64,000 nucleotides of DNA from an uncultured Planctomycetia bacterium (GTDB taxonomy: Bacteria; Omnitrophota; Gorgyraeia; 2-01-FULL-45-10), in the NCBI GenBank assembly GCA_964352425.1, contig CAYGRZ010000003.1, positions 21,077 through 85,076 on the forward strand. Reading direction: 5' to 3'. Positions 1 through 9,327 of this stretch are shown one piece after another. Under the pieces are notes generated by a model. The model did not search any database, was not told the DNA's origin, and worked only from the letters and a program-made list of their open reading frames with translations. A program made the translations under genes and the position numbers. Position 1 is the stretch's first letter. Each line of letters starts with the position of its first letter.

Positions 1-668
1 CCGATAATAGGCGAAGCGATGCCGGCGATCTCCTTGGGCATTACGGTAACTTCGGCCGCTTTCTCAAAGATCGCAGGGTTCACCCCCATAGGAATACAGG
101 TAGTTCGAGAATTATAGGCTTTACAATATTCCACTAAATTTCTTGCCATGACAAATACTGCGTCCGCCTTCTGTAATACCTGTTTTTCATACGCGATTAT
201 TTTTTTAGCGGATCTTGAGGTTGCTGCAAAGTTGTCAGTGCAGTAGTAAATAAAAGCCTTGTGCGGTATGTTCTCTTGAATATCAAGCGCTATGGGTGTG
301 GGTATAAATGTCCATATGATAGGATTCTGAAACTGCATCACCTTGCCCCAGCGCTGCAGGGAACGTAAAATAAGAAAGCGGTTTATTATGCGCGCCAGTC
401 GTGAGTATGGGAACGGCAGGATAAGCGGGGAATATACATAAAGATTAGGCATCTCCTGACGAAAACCTTTTGTGCTTTTATGCCAATTGACGATCCTTTT
501 CCATATTCTCGAGGTATCGGAGAACCTGGGAGAGCGCACACCGGTGTTCTCGATGAACAATACACGGTTGCCGTTTTTGGCAAAGGCCGTCATGATTTCC
601 TGGTGCTGCTGCCAGATAAAATCCCAGTCAATACTTGATATGCATATAATATCTTCGCCTGTCAGCAT
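1..668 (-). CDS. Glycosyltransferase family 4 (GT-B), N-terminal part; the gene runs off the window start
   Basis: Not in the ORF track. Translating the minus strand from the ATG at 666..668 gives MLTGEDIICISSIDWDFIWQQHQEIMTAFAKNGNRVLFIENTGV..., a typical GT4 N-terminal domain. The frame stays open to position 1. Confidence 0.55.
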   Translation of the reverse strand, partial: MLTGEDIICISSIDWDFIWQQHQEIMTAFAKNGNRVLFIENTGVRSPRFSDTSRIWKRIVNWHKSTKGFRQEMPNLYVYSPLILPFPYSRLARIINRFLILRSLQRWGKVMQFQNPIIWTFIPTPIALDIQENIPHKAFIYYCTDNFAATSRSAKKIIAYEKQVLQKADAVFVMARNLVEYCKAYNSRTTCIPMGVNPAIFEKAAEVTVMPKEIAGIASPII

Positions 669-853
669 CTACTATTTTAACCCCCATATTACATACAACC
701 GGTCCGGACGACAAATCTCCAGCCCGGAACCGACAATCAGCCGGATTTTATATATTTCTTGTTGGATGCTATTATATTATTATATTAGCGTATATGCAAG
801 AGTATAAAAAGGCGGGAATAACAGGCATTAAGCAGGGCTATCGGAGGCCCTAA

Positions 854-2335
854 TTATTTAATAGGCGTCTTCGTCTTATTAAAATATGTCATGCAAAACC
901 TTAAAAAATATAATGGATTATGCAATAGCTTAAAAATGATCTTATCCAGGAACTTTTTCGGGTTTCTGACCAAATACAGGAAATATAATTTTAACTTTTC
1001 CCTAAGAACCAGGCCCATAAGTGTTTTTCGGGGCAGGCCCTTGGTTTCGAAGCTCGGATAATCGGACTTTAACCTTGCATAGTCAAGCCCATCATCGATC
1101 AATTTTAGCGATTTACAGGTTTCCAAAAGCCTTGTTCCCGGCAACGGTGTGGCATAGAAAAAATTTGTGGTATCAAGCTGCAGATTTTCAGCGAATCTGA
1201 AGGTATTTTTTAACGACTTCCTGGTTTCTCCCGGAAGACCGACTACAAAAAATCCCGAGGTTTCTAGCCCCAACGTTTTCGATTTATCAATGATCGGTTT
1301 TATCTGAGAAAGTTCGATAGGTTTTTTTATAACGTTCTTTAGCATATATTCATCGCCGGACTCTATACCTATGCTTATTGCATAGCAGCCGCTCTTCTTC
1401 ATCAGATCAAGCATCTGGCCATCAAGAGTCTGCACAGCTACGCCATTCGGCACATTCCATAATATGTTAAACTCTTTTGCGATAATACCCGAAAAAATTC
1501 TCTTTGCCCTGTCTCCGTCTAAAGTCAAATTATCGTCTTCAAATAATATCTCCTTAACCCCGAATCGCTTCATAAGATACTCGATTTCCATTAAGACGTT
1601 TTCGGCTGATCTTTTTCTGTAATTTCTTCCCCAAACATTATGGATTGAACAAAAAATGCATTCAAACGGGCACCCGCGCGATGTTATAAGCGGCAGAAAA
1701 GGCACTTTTCTTGCAGGGCTCCCATGAGGGTTGTTGATCTTGAAATATTTTTCAAGAGGGAATATGTCCCAATATGGAAATTCTATGCCGTCAAGGTTTT
1801 CGATTGGGATCCTTTTCCTGGTTATTACGGCTGTTCCGTTTTTTCTGAAACCTATTCCATCAACCTTATCTAGATCTGATCTATTTTCTACAACATCTGC
1901 AAGCTCGACAAGCGTCCTCTCCCCCTCACCGATAACGACATAATCAGTATCATTATCAGCAAGGACCCTTTTTGGCTCAGCGGAAGGATGCGCGCCTCCC
2001 AAGACTGTTATAATGCCCCTGCTTATACTTTTAGCTGCACTGCAAACTTTATACACATTTTCAGTTTGCGCAGAAAAAAGACATGAAACCCCGACCATAT
2101 CCGGTTTCAGATCATAAATTTTACGTTTAATTTCTTCGAATGTTGACCCAAACCTGATAAAGTCTTCATCCACCGGCTCTTCCTGATAAAAGCCTTCAGC
2201 CAATGCATCCATCACATGAACATCATGCTTTTTTCTAAGCGCCGATGCTAGATATGCCAATCCTAAAGGCGGATGGCATTTTTTTGTTTCTGTTTTATAG
2301 ATAGTATATGGCGGCTGAATTAAAAGGATCTTCAA
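854..2335 (-). CDS. B12-binding domain / radical SAM (class B) enzyme
   Basis: 493 aa. N-terminal cobalamin-binding-like domain (MKILLIQPPY...VLGGAHPS) and a CxxxCxxC radical SAM motif (RGCPFECIFCS). Confidence 0.8.
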   Translation of the reverse strand: MKILLIQPPYTIYKTETKKCHPPLGLAYLASALRKKHDVHVMDALAEGFYQEEPVDEDFIRFGSTFEEIKRKIYDLKPDMVGVSCLFSAQTENVYKVCSAAKSISRGIITVLGGAHPSAEPKRVLADNDTDYVVIGEGERTLVELADVVENRSDLDKVDGIGFRKNGTAVITRKRIPIENLDGIEFPYWDIFPLEKYFKINNPHGSPARKVPFLPLITSRGCPFECIFCSIHNVWGRNYRKRSAENVLMEIEYLMKRFGVKEILFEDDNLTLDGDRAKRIFSGIIAKEFNILWNVPNGVAVQTLDGQMLDLMKKSGCYAISIGIESGDEYMLKNVIKKPIELSQIKPIIDKSKTLGLETSGFFVVGLPGETRKSLKNTFRFAENLQLDTTNFFYATPLPGTRLLETCKSLKLIDDGLDYARLKSDYPSFETKGLPRKTLMGLVLREKLKLYFLYLVRNPKKFLDKIIFKLLHNPLYFLRFCMTYFNKTKTPIK

Positions 2336-2337
2336 TT

Positions 2338-3129
2338 CTATTTCTTTCTAAGTTCTGCCACGACAGTAAATCCGCACCATGTAAATGGGAACGTTTTGCC
2401 CCAATACTTTGAAATCAGGTAAGAAAGGAAGCCTAATGCTTTTTGCACCACACCAGGCATCCTGACTATCAGGCTTCCCGGCAAATAATATGACCCTATC
2501 GACTGCATTATTTCAGCATCAAAATGTTTCAGATAATCAATGAACTCAAAAGATGAATAAATATACTGATGCGTTGGATCCCAAGCATTCCATTTATAAT
2601 CTCTAACAAATGCCTCGATAATTTTGCCTTCCAGGCCTGCAAATGATATTTTATTCGGAGTTGATATATAAAGCCTTGCCCCCTTCCTGGAAATTCTCAA
2701 TAATTCACCGATAGCTTGTGTATGTTTTTCTTTTGGAAGATGCTCTAAGACTTCAAAGGCTATTACTGTATCAAAATATGCATCTTTAAAAGGCAGCTTA
2801 TAAATATCGGAGCATAAGTAATGTATTTTCGCAGATAAGTCGTCATTTACCAATTTGGCGCCATTTAAGGAAAAGAGATCTTTATCGCAAAGAACTATTG
2901 TCGAGGATCTCTCCGCATAGGTCTTTTCCAATAAGCCTATATTGCTGCCGATATCGATAGTGGCACCAAGAGTCTTGTTCTTATTTAAAATATCACTGTA
3001 AAGTTTAAATCTATATTTGTCGAAAGGACTTTCATTGAACCTGGCCTTCATCTCTTCAACATAGCTTAGGAGATCCGCATTATTATGCGAATCGCGTATT
3101 CGCTCCTCATTTTGTTTTGAGCTATGCAT
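2338..3129 (-). CDS. Class I SAM-dependent methyltransferase
   Basis: 263 aa with the Rossmann motif I-like IDIGSNIGLL and acidic motif II VIAFEVLEHL. It sits 3 nt downstream of the radical SAM gene. Confidence 0.65.
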   Translation of the reverse strand: MHSSKQNEERIRDSHNNADLLSYVEEMKARFNESPFDKYRFKLYSDILNKNKTLGATIDIGSNIGLLEKTYAERSSTIVLCDKDLFSLNGAKLVNDDLSAKIHYLCSDIYKLPFKDAYFDTVIAFEVLEHLPKEKHTQAIGELLRISRKGARLYISTPNKISFAGLEGKIIEAFVRDYKWNAWDPTHQYIYSSFEFIDYLKHFDAEIMQSIGSYYLPGSLIVRMPGVVQKALGFLSYLISKYWGKTFPFTWCGFTVVAELRKK

Positions 3130-3130
3130 G

Positions 3131-4438
3131 TCAGTACGACTCTTTTTCTACTAAATTACTTATATTCGAAGCCACGCCCTCCTCTATGCTAATGGAGGTC
3201 GCCTTAGACCTTTTAAATGACACAAAAAGCCACGCGACCACCACCGCTTCGCAAAAAAGGGTAGATAAAACCGCACCGTTAATGCCTAACCTTGGTATCA
3301 TAAAGCAATTCAAAATTACATTGCCGACAATCCCTAGAAGGTATATTTTGCAAATCAAAAATTGTTTTCTCAGCGCAAATAGCAATCTTTCGAATACAGG
3401 CTTTATGAAAAAAGGGGCCAGGAGCAGGGAAAGTGTCGCTAAATACTTACTCGCATCGTCAAATTTTGCCCCATAAACAACCCTGATAATATCGCTCCCC
3501 TTAGCATATATGGCCGCTATGAACAAAAAGCTTATCAGGACTAAAGTTAACACGGATCTTTTTATTAAGACATCAATACTATTTATAGAATCGGATAGTT
3601 TAGAAAAGACCGGGAAAAAAACTGCAGATAAAGTTACGGGAATCAAGAAAAGCTGTTCCAGAAGCTTGAAGTCCGCGCTAAACCAACCGGCCGCCATATC
3701 CCCTTTTATCAAAGTTAACATCATTATATCGATTCTAAAATTCAGAAAACCTAAAATATATATCAAGATCAACGGCGAGGAAGCCCTGAGAAGACGTCTC
3801 CATAATCCATAATCTATCGAAAACGAAATAACTTTAACATTATGTAAAAAAGCAAACAGGCTTGTTAAGCAATTAATAAAGCTGGCAACGAGCAATCCGA
3901 CAGCAATGAATACGGGCCCATGGATATTAAGATTCGTTTTGGTTATAGAGAATATGATCCCCAATTTTATAATAGACTCCAAGATCATCAGCATTCCTTC
4001 GTAGTGCATTGTTTCGTTTACCCGAAAAATATACCTGAAAAAATACATAAATGAATCTGATATTACAGAAATGCCTAAAATAAGAATTATCCAGAATTTG
4101 CCTGAACTCAATGACGTCAATTTAGCCAAAACAATAATAACTAAAATATTGGCTATGGCTAACAATACTTTTAGCGTAACAATATTATTTATGTATTTAT
4201 GAAGGAATCCCCTATTATGAGAAACGTCTCGAAGAAAGATATCAGTCAGGCCAAAATCGGCTAAAAATAGAAATACCCAGACAAAAGAAAGACAATACGA
4301 AAGTTCGCCAAAGCCGTCTACACCTAAAAATCTCGCTATCAAAATCATTACGAAAAGATTGATTATTTTAAATATCGCCTGCGAAAATATCAGGCTGGAG
4401 AAATTCGTAAATATTTTATGTATTTGTTCTTTAGTCAT
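3131..4438 (-). CDS. Polysaccharide biosynthesis protein / Wzx-type oligosaccharide flippase (MOP superfamily)
   Basis: 435 aa, about 12 hydrophobic helices, N-terminus typical of the Wzx/PST family (FKIINLFVMILIARFLGVDGFG). Confidence 0.6.
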   Translation of the reverse strand: MTKEQIHKIFTNFSSLIFSQAIFKIINLFVMILIARFLGVDGFGELSYCLSFVWVFLFLADFGLTDIFLRDVSHNRGFLHKYINNIVTLKVLLAIANILVIIVLAKLTSLSSGKFWIILILGISVISDSFMYFFRYIFRVNETMHYEGMLMILESIIKLGIIFSITKTNLNIHGPVFIAVGLLVASFINCLTSLFAFLHNVKVISFSIDYGLWRRLLRASSPLILIYILGFLNFRIDIMMLTLIKGDMAAGWFSADFKLLEQLFLIPVTLSAVFFPVFSKLSDSINSIDVLIKRSVLTLVLISFLFIAAIYAKGSDIIRVVYGAKFDDASKYLATLSLLLAPFFIKPVFERLLFALRKQFLICKIYLLGIVGNVILNCFMIPRLGINGAVLSTLFCEAVVVAWLFVSFKRSKATSISIEEGVASNISNLVEKESY

Positions 4439-5544
4439 TTTGACCCGGTTATTTTATCTTTGTCTGCGCTACTTAAAAGTTGTTCGGTGATAGTATTATA
4501 AATTACATTGGCAAAAATTGCGTGGGCGGCCTTATTAGGGTGTTCGTTTTCAGGATAAATGATCAAGTCGCCCGTATCTAACCCTTTATATAAGTCCGAT
4601 GGGTAGGTATTTACAAAATAATAGCCGTATTTTTTACACTCGGATCGCACGGTGTCCTGAAAGTCCTTATGGAAGTTCCGGGCGTGAATCGAGAACATCT
4701 TGCGAACCAACACGATGACAACCCGCACGTTTTTATCTTTGATGCTGCCTCTTATTTCGTTGAAATAGCCGGATATTTTTTTATCGCTGAACCTGGAAAG
4801 ACCCGACCCGCTGCCTGATGCATAGCTCGTCTTGTAACGGACAAGATAGTTTTTAGCATTATCCCTTAGAACTGTTAATGAATTGAGGATAAAGGAATTG
4901 GCATAAATGTTGTTGTATATTCTTTGCAAAAGGCCGGGCTTCTCAGAGCTTTCGATGAGGCTATTCTTGTTGAATGCCTCATCAGAAATAGGGAAAAAAT
5001 TCGAAGTGAGCCCAATAAGAACGACGTCAGGAGCATAGTCATTACATGCTTTCCCAAGCCGCTTAATAAGGGACTTGTTAAAGCTATCACCCGCTACTGC
5101 AAAGTTAATAACTTCAATAGTATTTATTCCTAAGCGAGAATCATCCCTTAAAAATTCATTCAATCGTTTTTCAAGGACGCTGACATAGTTATCTTTCTGA
5201 TAAACACCCGTTCCCATCGTAAAAGATTCCCCGAAACAAGCGACTCGCCATACACCGGGCTTCTTTTTCTTCTCACAATCTTGCGACTGCCAGAGTCCGT
5301 CCGCGTTAGTTCTATAGGGCTTACCGTATAAATATCCTTCTTTATCAGGCAAGAGCGCAATAAGCCCATTATCGTTAATATACGAGATTTTTTTAAGCCC
5401 GGCCGCCGGAGAATATTTCACTAAATCCAGCCCCTTGAGCCCGAAAATGTGCAGCCGAAAATACGCCTCGCCAAATAGTAAAAGAGCGAGGTTTAACCCG
5501 AAAAAAAGGAGCACAAAGAAGATGGGTCTATTTTTATTTAGCAT
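4435..5544 (-). CDS. SGNH/GDSL-like hydrolase-fold protein, probable O-acetylation partner of the MBOAT (AlgJ/AlgX/DltD-like)
   Basis: 369 aa. N-terminal TM anchor and a GDS-like block VACFGESFTMGTG. It overlaps the stop of the downstream MBOAT gene by 4 nt. Confidence 0.4.
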   Translation of the reverse strand: MLNKNRPIFFVLLFFGLNLALLLFGEAYFRLHIFGLKGLDLVKYSPAAGLKKISYINDNGLIALLPDKEGYLYGKPYRTNADGLWQSQDCEKKKKPGVWRVACFGESFTMGTGVYQKDNYVSVLEKRLNEFLRDDSRLGINTIEVINFAVAGDSFNKSLIKRLGKACNDYAPDVVLIGLTSNFFPISDEAFNKNSLIESSEKPGLLQRIYNNIYANSFILNSLTVLRDNAKNYLVRYKTSYASGSGSGLSRFSDKKISGYFNEIRGSIKDKNVRVVIVLVRKMFSIHARNFHKDFQDTVRSECKKYGYYFVNTYPSDLYKGLDTGDLIIYPENEHPNKAAHAIFANVIYNTITEQLLSSADKDKITGSK

Positions 5545-5546
5545 GT

Positions 5547-6995
5547 TTAGAATTTGAAATATATAAATTTTTGATCTACAGGAAGACTGTAAATTCCGCC
5601 GAAGATCAGTGAATAGGCAATAAAATATACGATAACCGTGCCGACAAGCACTTTTCCCCTCACGCTAAGCATCTGCAGCACCTCTAAGTCATTACGCCTA
5701 TATTGGAGATACTCCACAGCAAATATGACCAGAGAAAGGAAAACAAACAGGGAGAATTGTCTGCCTGATATGAAATTTGACAAAGAGATATTGCCGATTA
5801 AAGCCGTCAGCATGCTCCCGATCTGACTGAAAGAATTTGCCTTGAAGAGAAGCCAGCCCGCGCAGACAAGGTGGAAAAAGAATATGATGCGCAGCCACTT
5901 CCATATCTTCCCGGCAAAAATATTTTTTGGGGACGGTACGCGCGCAAGGACCGGCTCGATTATTTTATGTATGCATAGTAAAAGACCATGGTAGGCACCC
6001 CAGATGATAAATGTCCACGCAGCGCCGTGCCAGAGCCCGCCCAGAAGCATCGTAACGAAAAGGTTGCGATATGTCATCGCCCCCCCTTTTCTGTTCCCGC
6101 CCAGAGGAATATACAGGTAATCTCTGAGCCAGGTTGACAGGCTGATATGCCATCTATGCCAAAAATCGCGCGGGTTGGTAACAAAGTAGGGCAGGTTGAA
6201 ATTGACCATTATATCGAATCCCATGCACCTGCCCAATCCCATGGCGATCTGAGAATATCCGTTAAAATCACAATATATCTGTACTGTGAACGCATATATG
6301 GCCAGAAGGATCTTGGCCCCGTCGTAAGGAGGCGCCGCAGAAAAAACGGGATCGACTATTCCCGCCAAATTGTCGGCAATGAATACCTTTAGGAACAATC
6401 CCCAAAGGATCAGAAATGCTCCTCCATATACCTTGGCTAATGTTATTCTCCGGGGTGATTGTACTTGAGGCAGCAGATGTGCGCCTCTTTCGATGGGTCC
6501 TGCTATAAGCAACGGAAAAAAGGAGACGAGCAGAGCATAATCTACCAGACTTTTTACCGGAACGAGCTTCTTCCTGTAAACGTCGATTGTATAGCTCATC
6601 GTTTTAAAAGTATAAAACGATATCCCGACGGGAAGAATGATGTGCAATAAGTTAATATTGACTCTGAGTCCCAGGCTCTGCAGAAACATTTGAAAATTAG
6701 AAGCAAAAAAATTGAAATATTTAAAAAATCCCAGAATGGAAAGGTTGATGAATATGCTGATCAATAAAAAACGTTTTCTTCGCACCGCATCATCGGATGC
6801 GCATATCTTCTGGCTGCAAATAAAATCGGTTATGATGGAGGTGAACATCAAAAACAAGAACCTGTAATCCCAGCTGCCATAAAAAACACAGCTTGCCGCA
6901 AGGAGCAGCCTGTTCTGCCATTTGTGGCCCAACACAAGATACAGGCCGTAAACGATTACGAAGAATATCCCGAATTGCAAGCTGTTGAATAACAT
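5547..6995 (-). CDS. MBOAT family membrane-bound O-acyltransferase (AlgI/DltB-like)
   Basis: 482 aa, multi-TM, with the hallmark MBOAT motif FWHRWHISLSTWLRDYLYIPLGGNRKG and its catalytic His. Confidence 0.8.
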   Translation of the reverse strand: MLFNSLQFGIFFVIVYGLYLVLGHKWQNRLLLAASCVFYGSWDYRFLFLMFTSIITDFICSQKICASDDAVRRKRFLLISIFINLSILGFFKYFNFFASNFQMFLQSLGLRVNINLLHIILPVGISFYTFKTMSYTIDVYRKKLVPVKSLVDYALLVSFFPLLIAGPIERGAHLLPQVQSPRRITLAKVYGGAFLILWGLFLKVFIADNLAGIVDPVFSAAPPYDGAKILLAIYAFTVQIYCDFNGYSQIAMGLGRCMGFDIMVNFNLPYFVTNPRDFWHRWHISLSTWLRDYLYIPLGGNRKGGAMTYRNLFVTMLLGGLWHGAAWTFIIWGAYHGLLLCIHKIIEPVLARVPSPKNIFAGKIWKWLRIIFFFHLVCAGWLLFKANSFSQIGSMLTALIGNISLSNFISGRQFSLFVFLSLVIFAVEYLQYRRNDLEVLQMLSVRGKVLVGTVIVYFIAYSLIFGGIYSLPVDQKFIYFKF

Positions 6996-7018
6996 AGATA
7001 CCGGTTCCTGTTAATAGG

Positions 7019-7897
7019 CTATGCTTTAATCCTATTCGAATCATGGATTCTTTTAAGCTGGTCGTTTAATAACCCCAAACAAAAGATGGGCATAAAGCTT
7101 GCGACACATATCGCGGAGATGAGCCAAAGCCAGGCATGTTTGAAAAATATGCCATTGAGCACAAAAAGCAATATGCCGAATACGGCGTTGGCTGTCGCTA
7201 ATAATAAGAACAGTTTTATCGGATTATAGAATAATATCATCTCCACGATCATTTGAGCAGCTCTTAGAGTATCCCTAAAATGCCTTATCTTCGACTTCCC
7301 CACACGCTTCAGATATGTTATGGGGACGTATTTAATATAATGGTTGTTCAGAAAGAAAATCAGCGTTAGGGATGTGGTGAACGAAAAGCCCGTGCATAAT
7401 GAGCTGCCCAGGGGCATAACTATGCTTTTTTTAAATATTCTGAAGCCTGAATTCACATCCGCTATTTTCCTGCCGCACGCGTACTCCGCAAGGCGATTGA
7501 ACATAAAACGAGCCGGGTTTTTGAAAATGCCCTTCTTGTACTCTTTTCCGGTCCTGGCGCCGACGATCATGTCATACTGGGGATAATATTCCTTCAGACG
7601 CTTAATCTCGTTCGCCGGATAAGAGCCATCCCCATCCATGATGAGGATGCATTCGTGCTTTGATGCTGCTATCCCATCGTAAAGCGATCGTCCATACCCT
7701 AAATTTTCCACATGATTTATTATCCGGACATTCTTCATATCAGCCCGCTTAAGAACATCGATCGTATTATCCGTGGAACCGTCATTCACCACTATAATTT
7801 CATATTCTTTATAAACACTAAGCTCTTTCGCGATACTGCCCAAGACGGAGGGAAGTCCCTCCGCTTCGTTATATGCTGGAATTATGACACTTATCAT
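7019..7897 (-). CDS. Glycosyltransferase family 2 (Dpm1/GtrB-like polyprenyl-phosphate sugar transferase)
   Basis: 292 aa. MISVIIPAYNEAEGL...VVNDGSTDNT, a DxD-type GT-A N-terminal domain, plus two C-terminal TM helices. Confidence 0.75.
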   Translation of the reverse strand: MISVIIPAYNEAEGLPSVLGSIAKELSVYKEYEIIVVNDGSTDNTIDVLKRADMKNVRIINHVENLGYGRSLYDGIAASKHECILIMDGDGSYPANEIKRLKEYYPQYDMIVGARTGKEYKKGIFKNPARFMFNRLAEYACGRKIADVNSGFRIFKKSIVMPLGSSLCTGFSFTTSLTLIFFLNNHYIKYVPITYLKRVGKSKIRHFRDTLRAAQMIVEMILFYNPIKLFLLLATANAVFGILLFVLNGIFFKHAWLWLISAICVASFMPIFCLGLLNDQLKRIHDSNRIKA

Positions 7898-7918
7898 GAG
7901 ATGACCTCCCGGGTTATT

Positions 7919-9322
7919 TTACCAACTTGTCTGTAAAAAAGCCTTTGCATGTGCCAGTATCGTCCCATTCATCAGAGTCCTAAAAAAGGTTTTCGTTATA
8001 TAGCTGAAACGGAAGTAAAATGTTTTGTATGACGCGTTATAGTATTTATCTATTGTCTCCCACGAAAGATTGTCGTGGTCGTAGAGCTCTTTAGGCGAAG
8101 CAGCGAAATTATATTTATCCCAATCCCTTGTCTTGATCTGCCCTTTCTTCAGCATTGAATCGAACATCTCGGTCCCTGGCAGCGGTATCGTTATCGCGAA
8201 TTTTACGTAATCCGGGTCGAGCTTGATAGCAAAATCGATGGTCTTTTTCAGATCCTCCTCCGTCTCCGAGGGAAGGCCCAGCATAAAATAACATTCTATC
8301 TCAAGACCTGCCTCTCTAGCCGACTTAACGGCGCTCTCTGCCTGCTCAAGAGAAATATTTTTATGGATCGAATCTATTATTCGCTGGCTTCCTGACTCGA
8401 TACCAAAAGGAATCCTGTAGCAACCGGCCCTCTTCATCATCTTAAGAAGCTCGAGATTGATCCTATCCACACGTATCCCGCCTCTCGGATACCACGGGAA
8501 TTTGAGACCTCGGCGCATTATCTCTTCGCAAATAGAATGAGCCCTTTTCATATCTGCGGTAAAGACATCGTCTATTATATGTATTTCCCTGAACCCCAAT
8601 CTGAGCATCCGTTCCATCTCATCAACTACGCGGCCGACAGATTTCATCCTCAACTTATAGCCGTGTATATTTTTATTGCAAAATACACACCTGCCGTAAC
8701 ATCCCCTGGATGTTTCAATATATCCAAGAGGAGCCCTTCTGCTGGAGATCCGCGGCTGATAGTACTTCTTTATATCAAAAAGCTCATAAGCAGGAAAAGG
8801 AAGCTCGTCTAGATTCTCTATAAAATCATTTTGAATTTGAGAGGTAACGACCTCTCCTTTATCCCTGTAGGTAACATTAGGGACTCTCCGGGAAAGGCCT
8901 TCCCGCGCGATCAAATTCAATATAAAATCTCCCTCCCCCTTAACAACACCGTCTATCCTGCTTTCATTGAGGACATCTTCGGAAAGTGAGGACGGATGCG
9001 GCCCGCCGACAACGATGGTTATGCCTTCATCCATATCTTTTATTGCCTCGGCAAGATGATACGCCTTCTTAATGACCGGCGTGGTAGAGGTAATCCCAAC
9101 CAACCCGGGGCTAAACTCCGCAACCGCTTTTCGAAGCTCTTTATCGGGATCATCGCTAAGATTAAGATCCAATAATTTAACTTTATGGCCATCCCTTAAA
9201 AGCGGTGCGGCTATGCATGCCAATCCTAAAGAAGTCGTACCTCGTGAAATCGCCGATCTCACCTTAGACTTGCCGAAGATATCTTCGTAATAGTTTGGAT
9301 TGATGAGCAGGATTTCGGCCAT
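7919..9322 (-). CDS. B12-binding domain / radical SAM (class B) enzyme
   Basis: The track ORF extends to 9496. I placed the start at the ATG at 9320..9322 (MAEILLINPNYYE), which avoids overlap with the upstream gene. B12-binding-like N-terminus (ITIVVGGPHPS) and CxxxCxxC (SRGCYGRCVFCNK). Confidence 0.75.
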   Translation of the reverse strand: MAEILLINPNYYEDIFGKSKVRSAISRGTTSLGLACIAAPLLRDGHKVKLLDLNLSDDPDKELRKAVAEFSPGLVGITSTTPVIKKAYHLAEAIKDMDEGITIVVGGPHPSSLSEDVLNESRIDGVVKGEGDFILNLIAREGLSRRVPNVTYRDKGEVVTSQIQNDFIENLDELPFPAYELFDIKKYYQPRISSRRAPLGYIETSRGCYGRCVFCNKNIHGYKLRMKSVGRVVDEMERMLRLGFREIHIIDDVFTADMKRAHSICEEIMRRGLKFPWYPRGGIRVDRINLELLKMMKRAGCYRIPFGIESGSQRIIDSIHKNISLEQAESAVKSAREAGLEIECYFMLGLPSETEEDLKKTIDFAIKLDPDYVKFAITIPLPGTEMFDSMLKKGQIKTRDWDKYNFAASPKELYDHDNLSWETIDKYYNASYKTFYFRFSYITKTFFRTLMNGTILAHAKAFLQTSW

Positions 9323-9327
9323 TTTTG

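Noticed and set aside
472-807. Plus-strand 111-aa ORF (and the 386..583 minus ORF) at the left edge
   Set aside because: It overlaps the N-terminal part of the minus-strand GT4 gene (1..668) in antisense or the wrong frame. The GT4 translation is clearly protein-like and these are not.
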